Shown here: positions 28,112 through 37,868 of the stretch, in pieces
How the letters are laid out: the number at the start of each line of letters is the position of its first letter
Position numbering within the stretch: position 1 is the stretch's first letter
Source of the DNA: an uncultured Candidatus Saccharibacteria bacterium
GTDB lineage: Bacteria > Patescibacteriota > Minisyncoccia > Phycocordibacterales > PALSA-1337
NCBI GenBank assembly: GCA_964412585.1
Contig: CAYPPJ010000004.1
Span: 9,825-73,824, forward strand
Length of the DNA: 64,000 nucleotides
Reading direction: 5' to 3'
The notes under the pieces: model-generated
The model's input: only the letters and a program-made list of their open reading frames with translations
Databases searched by the model: none
Told to the model about the DNA's origin: nothing
Position numbers and translations under genes: made by a program

Positions 28112-29155
28112 TCAGTGCGAAATAACCGGCTCAGTGAAATGCATGAGGGCCTTGTAGGCAACCTCCACATCATAGGGTTTTAACTTTGCCGTGTTCTCAG
28201 GCGTCGGAGGCGTGAGCCCTGAAAGGTCAACGGGCTCCGTGAGCGAGTGGCAGCACCCCAATTCGACAACAGGCACCTGGTCAAGCCCTGTCAGTTCCTT
28301 GAGCTCATCACGCGCCGAAGGCACCCAGAGCGACCCAGTGACCTTCCCTGCCTGGGCCGAAGTGGTAAGTAGAGTGCTCCAGCTCGAGAAGGTCGCATCA
28401 CTCGCGATAACAACCGGATCTGACTTGCCAACGGTGGGCAGGTACACGACACGAGAGCCGAGAGGTGCCAACATTTCCGTCCAAACTTCCCCATACGTGC
28501 GGCCACCTGCCTCAAGGGCACGTCCCTCCTCAAGACATGCACGTTTGGCATGTTTTGGATGGAAACGCGGGATGAGACACCAGTTGCCAGTAGTCAGCTT
28601 GAGGCAAGCGATTAAAAACTCGATCTCGTCCGCCGTCCATTCGCCGCCACCGACGTAGGTGTACACCTTCGTAAACTCCGTGCGAAGATCGGCGACCTCG
28701 GGAGCCGGGATGATTGACCCTGGTTGAGGAACACCGGGATTGCCGACGATGAGTTTCCCCGCCGCAGGATGCAGTTGGTGCGTAAGCATCGCGTCGTACT
28801 CATCCAACACCAGAACCCCATAAGGATTCGCGGTAGAACGGTTGACGCCACGCCAGAAGTCAATGCATTCGATGAGCTTGATGCCCAGCTCGTTTGCGAC
28901 AAGGCCGAACTGCTGTTCAAGATTGATCGGACTACCGAGCCCGGTCACGACAGCATCCGGTTTGATTTTCCGCAATACGGCATGAGCGTCAATAGTGAAC
29001 GGCTCATCAATGAAGTTCACCGTGCCTTTGAAGTACAAGGTGAAGCCGGCTTTTTCAAATATGCCGGCCGCCAAGCCTTCGGCAATCACGACAACTTCAT
29101 GACCCTTGTCGCGGCAGATTACCGCGAGCGAGCACGTGACGTTTGCTCCTCCCAT
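28112..29155 (-). CDS. Hypothetical GC-rich protein, possibly a MurG/PseG-like GT-B fold (candidate UDP-sugar hydrolase or glycosyltransferase)
   Basis: 347 aa. The N-terminus GGANVTCSLAVICRDKGHEVVVI loosely resembles the MurG/PseG G-loop. Assignment is weak. Confidence 0.3.
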   Translation of the reverse strand: MGGANVTCSLAVICRDKGHEVVVIAEGLAAGIFEKAGFTLYFKGTVNFIDEPFTIDAHAVLRKIKPDAVVTGLGSPINLEQQFGLVANELGIKLIECIDFWRGVNRSTANPYGVLVLDEYDAMLTHQLHPAAGKLIVGNPGVPQPGSIIPAPEVADLRTEFTKVYTYVGGGEWTADEIEFLIACLKLTTGNWCLIPRFHPKHAKRACLEEGRALEAGGRTYGEVWTEMLAPLGSRVVYLPTVGKSDPVVIASDATFSSWSTLLTTSAQAGKVTGSLWVPSARDELKELTGLDQVPVVELGCCHSLTEPVDLSGLTPPTPENTAKLKPYDVEVAYKALMHFTEPVISH

Positions 29156-29324
29156 GTCTTTTGCTACGAATAGAAGTTTCAGAACTACCTCCGATAGTTT
29201 ACTAGTTAATATGAAGAGGCACTACGCCCCGAATTTCAACGAAGACAGGACTATTCCTGCTTTCAATTCAAGTCAAACCCTAACATAATAATTGAATGAA
29301 GTCAACTATCCTTGATTTGTATAG

Positions 29325-29354
29325 AAAATAAAAAAGACCAACCACCACGGTTGG
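29325..29354 (-). terminator. Weak intrinsic terminator (CCAACC-ACCAC-GGTTGG, then a U-run on the minus strand)
   Basis: 6-bp stem preceded by an A-run on the plus strand. Confidence 0.4.
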
Positions 29355-29375
29355 CCCCGTCACACTTCGAACAGA

Positions 29376-29891
29376 TTAGGCTTTGACCTCCTCCATTCCA
29401 TCTTCCAATGGAAGTCCGAGCAATTGATTGACTCGCCGAATCCTCGCCGGCAGCCGCTGCCGCGCGTGCATTTTGGCTTGAGCATCTTGGAACACAGCTT
29501 CGTCGATTTCCATGAGCCCATCAACTCCACCGTAATAATGCAGTCCAGTGTTTGCCCACTGCCATTCTTGTTCCATCTGCTTTTTTTCTTGTCTGAAGAA
29601 ACCATGACCGATTTCAGTCAAAGAAAAAATACGGGCGGAGATCGTGAAGATTTTAACTTCAGTCCCATATTCCTCAGGGATATCAAAGCAAATAAATGTG
29701 GCGTTCCGCGCCGCCACCTGCTTCAGGCAGTCCTCACGCGCAGCTCCAATTAATTGTGCTGCGAGCGCAGAAGGGTGCGCTGCGGGACCTTCCTGAGCAA
29801 CCCCGGTAACTTTCCCAAGGTCAGACAGATATCGACCGAGAGATATTACCTCATATGCAGTAATTTCCAGGACAGTTGTTGTCACACTCAT
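29376..29891 (-). CDS. Hypothetical protein
   Basis: 171-aa ORF with no recognisable motif. A terminator follows it. Confidence 0.4.
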   Translation of the reverse strand: MSVTTTVLEITAYEVISLGRYLSDLGKVTGVAQEGPAAHPSALAAQLIGAAREDCLKQVAARNATFICFDIPEEYGTEVKIFTISARIFSLTEIGHGFFRQEKKQMEQEWQWANTGLHYYGGVDGLMEIDEAVFQDAQAKMHARQRLPARIRRVNQLLGLPLEDGMEEVKA

Positions 29892-30059
29892 ATTGATTAT
29901 ATGCCCCCTTTCTGTGGGCGCCGCTGTTTAAAAAAACTTCAAATTTATATTAACAGACAAAATAGTGAGTGTCAATACTACTTGATGCAAAACGCAACTA
30001 AAGCAAGGCCCTATCATGGACTTTGTAATTCCCTCCCACACCAGCTATAATCCCTCACT

Positions 30060-30824
30060 ATGAAAGCAAGGCGCCCAGTAAAGCATAAAGTTATCGCTCT
30101 CATCCCTGCTCGTGGCGGTTCAAAAGGGGTACCAAAAAAGAATATCCATCCATTGGCAGGCTATCCATTGCTGGCTTACTCCATTGCAGCCGCAAAGCTC
30201 GCAAAAGGTGTCGAACGTATCATTGTTAGTACTGACAATGAAGAGATTGCTGAGGTTGCAAAAAAATATGGAGCTGAAGTTCCCTTTCTCCGACCGGCCG
30301 AGTTTGCTACTGACAAATCAAAGGATATAGATGTCGTCAAGCATGTACTTGATTGGCTCAAGACACATGAGAATCACCACCCTGATTTTTTGATATACTT
30401 GCGCCCGACAACCCCTCTTCGAGATCCACGACATATCGAAGAAGCAATCAAGCTCATACGCGCATCAAAAACGTCCACATCATTGCGCTCAGGTCACGAG
30501 ATCCGCGAGTCGCCCTACAAACTATTTGGCATCAATGACGGACACTTCGCTGGACTATTTCCGGATGATCCTCGCCCTGAATATTACGACCTACCCCGAC
30601 AAACATTTCCTCCTGTCTATCAGCCAGATGGCTATGTCGACATTCTCGTCACCAGGCACATCACGAGCTCTTCGAGCCTCCACGGTCCACGTATTCGCGC
30701 CTACGCTAGCCCGAATACCGGCGAAATAGATTCAAAAGATGATTTTAGATTCACTGAATACACCCTCGAAAAAAATATCTGGGCGATCTACGAATATCTC
30801 AAGAAACATTTTCCTATCCAGTAA
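30060..30824 (+). CDS. CMP-nonulosonate cytidylyltransferase (second copy)
   Basis: IALIPARGGSKGVPKKNIHPLAGYPLLAYSI; 254 aa. Confidence 0.8.
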   Translation: MKARRPVKHKVIALIPARGGSKGVPKKNIHPLAGYPLLAYSIAAAKLAKGVERIIVSTDNEEIAEVAKKYGAEVPFLRPAEFATDKSKDIDVVKHVLDWLKTHENHHPDFLIYLRPTTPLRDPRHIEEAIKLIRASKTSTSLRSGHEIRESPYKLFGINDGHFAGLFPDDPRPEYYDLPRQTFPPVYQPDGYVDILVTRHITSSSSLHGPRIRAYASPNTGEIDSKDDFRFTEYTLEKNIWAIYEYLKKHFPIQ

Positions 30825-32070
30825 TACCGAGAGCGTCACGGATGACTCCTGACGCCTCGCGTATAGCTGCGGCAGTAATAGTAAGTGGCGGAGCAATCTT
30901 TATAGAATTTCTGTTGGTGCATACAGGTAATACCCCTTTCATGATGCACTCTTTGACGACACGCGTCGCATCTTCGGTCTTTTCAAAAATAAGGGCCGCG
31001 ATCATGCCTCTGACATTGACCTGACGAACCATCGGCGACTTCTCAAATGACTTCATTTCCTGTTCGAATACCTTCATGGCTTTTTTCTGAGCAGCAACTT
31101 GTTTTGCGCTTGAAAGGAATTCAAGGTTTGCGAGAGCGGAGGCACACGAAACAGCATTACCTGAGTGCGTGCCATGCAAATCAGCTTTTGGATCAATGTT
31201 CATAATCTTTTTGTTGCCCAGAAGCGCCGAGATCGGCAACGATGAAGAAATGCCTTTACCGACAGCGACCAAATCAGGCACGATATCTTTTCCGTAGGTC
31301 ATATAACCATATATCGGTCCGAGGCGATAAAAACCAGACTGTAGTTCATCAAAGCATACGAGTGCGCCATGTTTCTTGGCAAACTTCGAAAGATCATTGA
31401 GGAAACCGTCCGGAAAGAACCATGCACCCCATCCTTGAAATGTTTCTATGACGAACCCTGCAATCTCATTATGCGGAGGCAGAATGCTTGGATCAAACTT
31501 TGCCGTAGGATCATAGGGAAAATCCAAGAAACAGACCGCCTCATCAGTCATACCTGACCATGCAGCCTTCTGTTTGCTCCCGGCGATCAGATCATTACTC
31601 AAACCACGACCATGATATCCACCACCAAAAGTGACGATGTATTTTTTATGTGTCTTGGTGCCATGTAATTTGATCAACTTGTATGCGATATCCACGGCCT
31701 CTGACCCGGAATTGAGTAAGGTGGCACAATCAAAATGTCGCGATGCCGCCAAAAGCTTTTTGAGAAATTGATATTTAATCTTCGTCGGATAGTTGTACGC
31801 AAACAACACGTCAGCATCAACTTGGTCTTTGATGGCCTTTTTTATTTTCGGATTCGAATGTCCCGCGTTTGCCACGAATATACCGGAGGTGAGATCGATG
31901 AACTTATTGCCCTTGTCATCCCACACAGAAAAGTCTACAGCCTTTGCCCAGGTGAGAGGAATGGTGTTGGCAACCGAAACTGGCTCCATATCGGCAATTT
32001 GCTTGTAAAGCTCATTATTTTTCAGTGAAAAATCATCCCGAATCTGTCTGTAAGTAGTTTTTATTTTCAT
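30814..32070 (-). CDS. Class-III (PLP-dependent) aminotransferase
   Basis: Aminotran_3-like pattern: GSEAVDIAYKLIK, DELQSGFYRLG and the lysine region LVAVGKGISS. The start was trimmed to MKIKTTYRQI. Confidence 0.7.
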   Translation of the reverse strand: MKIKTTYRQIRDDFSLKNNELYKQIADMEPVSVANTIPLTWAKAVDFSVWDDKGNKFIDLTSGIFVANAGHSNPKIKKAIKDQVDADVLFAYNYPTKIKYQFLKKLLAASRHFDCATLLNSGSEAVDIAYKLIKLHGTKTHKKYIVTFGGGYHGRGLSNDLIAGSKQKAAWSGMTDEAVCFLDFPYDPTAKFDPSILPPHNEIAGFVIETFQGWGAWFFPDGFLNDLSKFAKKHGALVCFDELQSGFYRLGPIYGYMTYGKDIVPDLVAVGKGISSSLPISALLGNKKIMNIDPKADLHGTHSGNAVSCASALANLEFLSSAKQVAAQKKAMKVFEQEMKSFEKSPMVRQVNVRGMIAALIFEKTEDATRVVKECIMKGVLPVCTNRNSIKIAPPLTITAAAIREASGVIRDALGITG

Positions 32071-32150
32071 GCAAAAGTAAGCATACATGAGAACGAAACC
32101 CCTCGCAAGGATTCATTTACACCCCTCTCGATATACTATAGTATATCGAC

Positions 32151-33095
32151 ATGAATATGACCTACACCACGCTTGGCCGGACAGGACTCAAGGTTTCCCG
32201 CATCGGACTGGGGACCGCTGAAATAGGTTTCTCGTATGGTATTGGTGAGAGGCCACTTCCCTCTGAAGCTGAAGCGATCGATCTTCTCAAGAAATCGGTT
32301 GATCTCGGTATTACTTTTTTTGATACAGCAAGCTATTACGGTGTGGCAGAAGAACGCATCGGCAAGTCAGGAATCCTGAAAAATCCCGATATTATTGTCG
32401 AAACAAAATGCGCACAGTTCCTTGAAAAAGGCGAAAAATACGCACTGCCCGAGCTTACAGAAAAAATAACAGTGCAAGTAGATGAAAGCTTGAAAAAACT
32501 GCGAATTGATTCCCTACCTATCCTCATGTTGCACGGGCCAAGTGTTGAAGATATTAACCGTGGCGAACTTACGGGAATATTAAAAGACCTCAAACAAGCA
32601 GGTAAAATCCGCTTCACAGGAGTTTCAACTCGCGGTGAAGAGTCGCCGCTTGCAGCTATTAATTCAGGCTTCTTCGATGTTATACAAGTAGCCTACAATA
32701 TTCCTGACCAACGCATGGAACCAAAAGTATTTCCGACGGCACAAAAAGCTGGTGTTGGCATCATAAATAGATCAGTACTCCTCAAAGGGTCACTGACTGC
32801 ACTCAGAACAAAATTACCAGCCGGCCTCGAAGGCTTGCAACAGACTGTTGATGAAATTGAAGCGATTGCTCGTGAAATCGGCACCGACCTGCCTACACTA
32901 GCGATTCGTTTTGCGCTCAATAATCCATGTATTTCATCATCATTGATTGGCACCAATAAACTTGGTAATGTTGAAAAAGCGATTCGTGCCCTCGAAGCAG
33001 GCCCGTTACCACCAGAGATCGCTGCCAGACTACACAAAGTTGCCCTTAATACACCTAACCAAGTCGATCCTGCCCAATGGCCAAAACTACAATGA
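32151..33095 (+). CDS. Aldo/keto reductase
   Basis: The N-terminus LGRTGLKVSRIGLGTAEIG and the FFDTASYYG segment are AKR signatures. Confidence 0.8.
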   Translation: MNMTYTTLGRTGLKVSRIGLGTAEIGFSYGIGERPLPSEAEAIDLLKKSVDLGITFFDTASYYGVAEERIGKSGILKNPDIIVETKCAQFLEKGEKYALPELTEKITVQVDESLKKLRIDSLPILMLHGPSVEDINRGELTGILKDLKQAGKIRFTGVSTRGEESPLAAINSGFFDVIQVAYNIPDQRMEPKVFPTAQKAGVGIINRSVLLKGSLTALRTKLPAGLEGLQQTVDEIEAIAREIGTDLPTLAIRFALNNPCISSSLIGTNKLGNVEKAIRALEAGPLPPEIAARLHKVALNTPNQVDPAQWPKLQ

Positions 33096-34036
33096 ACTGC
33101 CCCATCTGCAACAAACCATCACCAAAAGTGATAGCTGACACTCTGCGAACTGGAGAAAAAAGAAAAGTCTTTTTGTGTACACGCTGTGATGTGGGCATTC
33201 TCGATGCCCACATCAGTGCCGCTGATCTCAAGAAATATTACGCCAGCGAGTACAGAAAAATCGGCAGGCCCAAGCTCGCGGCCACATCTGAGACTGATGA
33301 ACTTTTTTCAATTTATTCACGATTTCAGGATGACCGGCTTCGCCTACTCAAACCATACCTCACCAAGAACACAAAACTCCTTGAAGTCGGCTGCTCAGCT
33401 GGCATGTTTCTCTATCATGTAAAACCTCTGGTCAAAGAAATAGTCGGTATCGATTTTGACCTTGCTTCAGCAGCGTATGCGGCAAAAAAATGCCACTGCA
33501 AAGTCTATACCACCGACATCAAAGAAACTCCTCTTAAGAAGAAATATTTTGACGTGATTGTTGCCTTTCAGACACTGGAACATGTGAGTGATCCAAAAGC
33601 ATTTATCGCTGGTCTTGAAGAATATCTCGCTCCAGGAGGTGTCATCGCCATCGAAGTGCCAAACCTCAATGATGCCTTGGCACACGTGTACAACCTACCT
33701 CGTCATTATCAATTTTTCTATCACAAATCCCATCTCTGGTATTTTACCGAGAAGAGCCTTGAAAAAGTCATGGCTTCGTCCGGTTTCAAAGGAAAGACAT
33801 TTCATACGCAGGACTACAACATCATGAACCACATGAACTGGATTGTGAATGATGCGCCACAAGGCACGCCACTTGCCGGACTATCGGCACCTGTTCTGCC
33901 TATTCGAACAAATGCATCACCACAAATCACAAAGACGCTTGATACATTCATCAAGCGCATGGATATTGAATACAAAAAAACACTTGCCGATCTGAAGATT
34001 ACCTCAAATATTATCTTCATTGGAAAAAAGAAATAA
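33077..34036 (+). CDS. SAM-dependent methyltransferase with an N-terminal zinc ribbon
   Basis: CPICNK...CTRCDVG followed by the MTase motif I LLEVGCSAGMF. Confidence 0.65.
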   Translation: MAKTTMNCPICNKPSPKVIADTLRTGEKRKVFLCTRCDVGILDAHISAADLKKYYASEYRKIGRPKLAATSETDELFSIYSRFQDDRLRLLKPYLTKNTKLLEVGCSAGMFLYHVKPLVKEIVGIDFDLASAAYAAKKCHCKVYTTDIKETPLKKKYFDVIVAFQTLEHVSDPKAFIAGLEEYLAPGGVIAIEVPNLNDALAHVYNLPRHYQFFYHKSHLWYFTEKSLEKVMASSGFKGKTFHTQDYNIMNHMNWIVNDAPQGTPLAGLSAPVLPIRTNASPQITKTLDTFIKRMDIEYKKTLADLKITSNIIFIGKKK

Positions 34037-34112
34037 TTTGACACTTCCAAATTTTACTGTTAGATTGTGACCAGTTTTACAACGCAATAATTGCACAAAA
34101 ACCTAACTGAAT

Positions 34113-34655
34113 ATGAGCGCAACGTTACAACCGACGGTCATCATACCGATGCTCGAGCGGAGACTCAAGCTGATCAAACTCTTTGCCACAGACTTTGACG
34201 GGATCCACACAGATGGCACCGTCCTCGTTGATGAGCATGGAACCGAGAGCGTCCGCTGCAGCCGCAAGGATGGCCTCGGGTATGCCATGCTAGCCAAAGC
34301 AGGTATCCACGCCTGTGTCATCTCCAAGGAGAAAAATCAGGTGGTGTTGAGGCGCTGTGAAAAACTCGGTATTCCCTGCTTCAACATGGTCCATGACGGC
34401 CAGGGCAAGCGAGAAATCCTCAAGCGTGTCTCAGAAGATCTGGGGCTCCGGCCAGAACATGTCCTCTACATGGGCGATGACCTCAACGACCTCGAGGCTC
34501 TCAAATTTGCTGGGGTATCTGTCAGCGTACGTGATGGGCACCCGTCCATCTTGGAGACAGTGGATATTATCACGCACCGAGCAGGAGGTGACCATGCCGT
34601 TCGAGAGGTCTGCGAACTCCTCATGGTCGCACGGGGCCGGTCGCTCAAATTCTGA
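34113..34655 (+). CDS. KdsC-family HAD phosphatase (3-deoxy-ulosonate phosphate or N-acylneuraminate-9-phosphate phosphatase)
   Basis: FATDFDGIHTDG (DxD HAD motif I) and YMGDDLNDLEAL (motif IV); 180 aa, typical of the YrbI/KdsC family. Confidence 0.8.
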   Translation: MSATLQPTVIIPMLERRLKLIKLFATDFDGIHTDGTVLVDEHGTESVRCSRKDGLGYAMLAKAGIHACVISKEKNQVVLRRCEKLGIPCFNMVHDGQGKREILKRVSEDLGLRPEHVLYMGDDLNDLEALKFAGVSVSVRDGHPSILETVDIITHRAGGDHAVREVCELLMVARGRSLKF

Positions 34656-34670
34656 TTCGGCTTCTGCCGC

Positions 34671-34703
34671 CAAAACGCCAAGGCTGTCCTTGGCGTTTTT
34701 TAT
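34671..34703. terminator. Bidirectional intrinsic terminator AAAACGCCAAGG-CTGT-CCTTGGCGTTTTTT between convergent genes
   Basis: Perfect 9-bp stem flanked by an A-run and a T-run. Confidence 0.7.
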
Positions 34704-34711
34704 ATTTAGTA

Positions 34712-35539
34712 TTACCAGGCAGTCTTTCCTCCATCAACCACAAGATTGTGCCCTGTCATGAACCGTGAAGCGTCCGAGCTCAAAAAGATGATAGGACCGA
34801 TATAATCCTCCGGCGTTGCCATACGGCCAAACATGGTCATGTCGCCATAACGTTTTACAAAAGCTTTGTCCTGAGCGGGTGTTTGAACTCCTGTTGGAGA
34901 AAATGTATTAATGCGTACATTGTACATGCCGAGGCGGGCCGCCCACTGTCTCGTAAAGCCAAGCAGAGCGGATTTGGTTGTTGAATATGCTATTGATTTG
35001 AAACGTTTTCCTGCTGGGTCATTATACACACGATGGTCATGGGCAATAACAGATACGTCTGAGCCGATATTGATGACCGAACCCGATCGTTGTTTGATCA
35101 TGTGTTTGGCAACAGATTTCGTGCACAACATTGTTCCGGTAAGATTTACGCGTAGTTCCTTCTCCCACAAATCAATCGGATATTCTTCGTAGGGAGCAAA
35201 TTGAGAAGCTGAATCAGCACTGCCGACTGCCGGATTGAGAGCGGCGTTGTTGATAAGCACATCTATTTTTTTGTGTTTTTTGATGATAGCTCGCACAGCA
35301 TGCTGAACGCTTTTTTCATCAGTAATATCAACCTTCTCGACCTCAGCCTTGACGCCGTTCTTTTTTAATATGTTTCGAGCCTGCTCCATACCGTGCTCAT
35401 CTTTTGCATCCCATAGGACTGGATACGCTCCAGCTTTACCCAACGCAATAGCATACGTCAGCCCCAAAAAACCCGCGCCACCGGTAATGATGATGACCTT
35501 ACCTTGTACTGAAAAAACATCTTCGTTGGTCTTTTTCAT
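34712..35539 (-). CDS. Short-chain dehydrogenase/reductase (SDR)
   Basis: TGGAGFLG and YSTTKSAL (YxxxK). Start trimmed to MKKTNEDV, which makes an ATGA overlap with the upstream gene. Confidence 0.75.
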   Translation of the reverse strand: MKKTNEDVFSVQGKVIIITGGAGFLGLTYAIALGKAGAYPVLWDAKDEHGMEQARNILKKNGVKAEVEKVDITDEKSVQHAVRAIIKKHKKIDVLINNAALNPAVGSADSASQFAPYEEYPIDLWEKELRVNLTGTMLCTKSVAKHMIKQRSGSVINIGSDVSVIAHDHRVYNDPAGKRFKSIAYSTTKSALLGFTRQWAARLGMYNVRINTFSPTGVQTPAQDKAFVKRYGDMTMFGRMATPEDYIGPIIFLSSDASRFMTGHNLVVDGGKTAW

Positions 35540-36351
35540 AGTGATGAAAGGGTTGAAATAATAAACTGTAATTGATTCTGGGCATCTCGAAGATAGTCCT
35601 CCCCGCGCCATGCTTGAATAGTCAAGACACCTTTGTATCCTATAGCTTTCAATGCCGTAAAACAACCCTTGAAATCGGCATCGCCGGTACCAAGAAGCAT
35701 CGACTGAGTTTTGCCGATCTTGCGATCCTTCACGTGAACTTCAAAAATACGTGCACCAAGAGTCTTGATATCGTTGGGACAATCGAATCCGTACGATGTA
35801 CAGTTTCCGATATCATAAGAAACACCGATATTTTTTTCAGCACATGAATCAATGTATGCAGCGAGTTCACCTGCAGGCATCTCTGTCTCCAATGCAATTT
35901 TCAAACCATGCTCTTTGGCAACAGCGGCAATCGTTGAAATCGATTGGTGCGCCTCAGTTTTTTCATCTGAGGTCGCTGGCGCCTGGTCTTCCAGCAAAGG
36001 TACGGAGAGTGTCTTGGTCGATAGATGAGGTGTCACCAATGGTATAAATGTCTTGAAAGCCTGTATCGAAGCCACTGCCTCCAGACCAAACAATTTGTAC
36101 CTGCCACAATCAACTGAACTAACTGGTACTTGCTGAGAAGCTATCTCAATCCGTGACACCGCCTCAGGTCGACCCCACACATCTCTGATCGGATCAAATC
36201 CCTTGATGTCGCGGTCAAGAAACCATTCGATAGCATTGAATCCAAGTTTTTTGGCGAGGGCAAATTCAGCTTCCCACTGTTCAGGAAAAAACTGAAGCCG
36301 ACCACCTTGCGGCGCAGAAAGTCGCCCCTGCATTATCGCGATATGGTTCAT
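35536..36351 (-). CDS. Sugar-phosphate isomerase/epimerase, xylose-isomerase-like TIM barrel
   Basis: 271 aa. The pattern GFNAIEWFLD...EVHVKD fits the AP_endonuc_2 / TIM-barrel family. Confidence 0.6.
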   Translation of the reverse strand: MNHIAIMQGRLSAPQGGRLQFFPEQWEAEFALAKKLGFNAIEWFLDRDIKGFDPIRDVWGRPEAVSRIEIASQQVPVSSVDCGRYKLFGLEAVASIQAFKTFIPLVTPHLSTKTLSVPLLEDQAPATSDEKTEAHQSISTIAAVAKEHGLKIALETEMPAGELAAYIDSCAEKNIGVSYDIGNCTSYGFDCPNDIKTLGARIFEVHVKDRKIGKTQSMLLGTGDADFKGCFTALKAIGYKGVLTIQAWRGEDYLRDAQNQLQFIISTLSSL

Positions 36352-37763
36352 GGTGTATGAGTCGAACGCTTTGGCATAAATCTCCCGAGAGCCTTTCTCA
36401 CATCAGAAAAGAAATTCCTCAGAAACTCTTTATCCACATCATCATAACTGGTCAGGTACTTCCAGTTCAAGCTCACATCGAGCTTTGACCGCACCATGTA
36501 TATATAGATGATGGTAAATAAAATCAAAGACAGAAGGATAGCCTGTGCAACAAGTCCCCACAGTCCAAATACGGGAATAAGCAGTGCGTACAAGACTATG
36601 CCGATGAGGCCTTTCATCAGCTTTTGGAACAACAAAAATCCTTGTCGACGGTATACCACCAAGAACACTCCCGCGACAGCGGATGCGGCGGTGATTGGCA
36701 AGGTCAATAATAGAACGTCAAAATACGGGAGTGACGCGATATATTTCGGAAAGAATATGTGGACAAAAGGTTGTGCGGCAACAAGACCGATAATACCAAC
36801 AGCAATCGAAAACAATATCAGATACTTTGTGCCGACATTGTAAATTTTCTGTAATTTTTCTTTTTCGGCGATATGAAGCGGTATAAGTACTGACAATGTA
36901 TTGACTGGCATAAAGTTTGCCAGTGTTCCCAACATCGTCTGAGCTACCGAGAAGATTGCCACCGCCTCGGTACTGATCAAGAACTTCGTCATCCATACTT
37001 GGACAAAATCAACAATTTTTGCAGCCACCGGACGCAAGAGTTCCCACTTTCCGTATGAGGAAAGAAGTTTCCATATCATCAAGTCTCCCGAAACAGGATG
37101 CGCACGCCAGAGCTTGTAGTAACTCCTCATGACCGGAACAAGCATGAATACAATCGACACATATGACGAAACGACGAGCGAGAGAATAACTTCCTTGAGG
37201 CCGACTGTCGCAAAAAAGTAGAACCACGCTATGATGGCCAACTGAATAAAGCGACTTATTGAAGACCTACTTGCTATCAAACTAAACTTTTTCTCCGCCT
37301 CTAATGCCAAGCGCAATGACGGCAACAGAGCGTCATGAAGGAACAAAAATGAAATAATTTTGATGTAGGCGATAAACTCAGAGTTATATGCCGAAAAGAA
37401 GTAAGGGGCTCCAAAAAATATAGCCGCCCATAAGATAATACCGATACCTATACGCACAAGTGTTGATTCATAAAAAAGTCGCTTGGCATGAGGTATGTCC
37501 TGCTCGCCAACGTAGCGTAAGATATCGTTCCTCATCGTCTCCCCTCCAAGTCCCATAAAAACCGCAATACCTGAGAATGACGACAAGATCAGTTGAAACA
37601 CACCATACTGATACACGGTAAGTTTCGACAACACAATCAGAGTATTGAAGAAACCGACGCCACGAGAAATGATGTTCCAAAAGCCAAAAAAGAACTCTCC
37701 TTTGAGGTACGTCTTGTAAAACGGCTTGGGAGTTATAGGCTTTGCGGGCGTTGGTGTTTCCAT
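36348..37763 (-). CDS. Wzx-type oligosaccharide flippase (polysaccharide biosynthesis protein, MOP superfamily)
   Basis: 471 aa, about 12-14 TM helices, length and hydropathy typical of Wzx. Confidence 0.7.
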   Translation of the reverse strand: METPTPAKPITPKPFYKTYLKGEFFFGFWNIISRGVGFFNTLIVLSKLTVYQYGVFQLILSSFSGIAVFMGLGGETMRNDILRYVGEQDIPHAKRLFYESTLVRIGIGIILWAAIFFGAPYFFSAYNSEFIAYIKIISFLFLHDALLPSLRLALEAEKKFSLIASRSSISRFIQLAIIAWFYFFATVGLKEVILSLVVSSYVSIVFMLVPVMRSYYKLWRAHPVSGDLMIWKLLSSYGKWELLRPVAAKIVDFVQVWMTKFLISTEAVAIFSVAQTMLGTLANFMPVNTLSVLIPLHIAEKEKLQKIYNVGTKYLILFSIAVGIIGLVAAQPFVHIFFPKYIASLPYFDVLLLTLPITAASAVAGVFLVVYRRQGFLLFQKLMKGLIGIVLYALLIPVFGLWGLVAQAILLSLILFTIIYIYMVRSKLDVSLNWKYLTSYDDVDKEFLRNFFSDVRKALGRFMPKRSTHTP

Positions 37764-37868
37764 CGAGGTTACGGGGCCTGTAAGATATGACTGTACCTCA
37801 TTTTTAATGAAATTTCTAGTGCCCTATTTCATTGCAAAAAAGACCCAATGAACTAGAATAAGGACATT

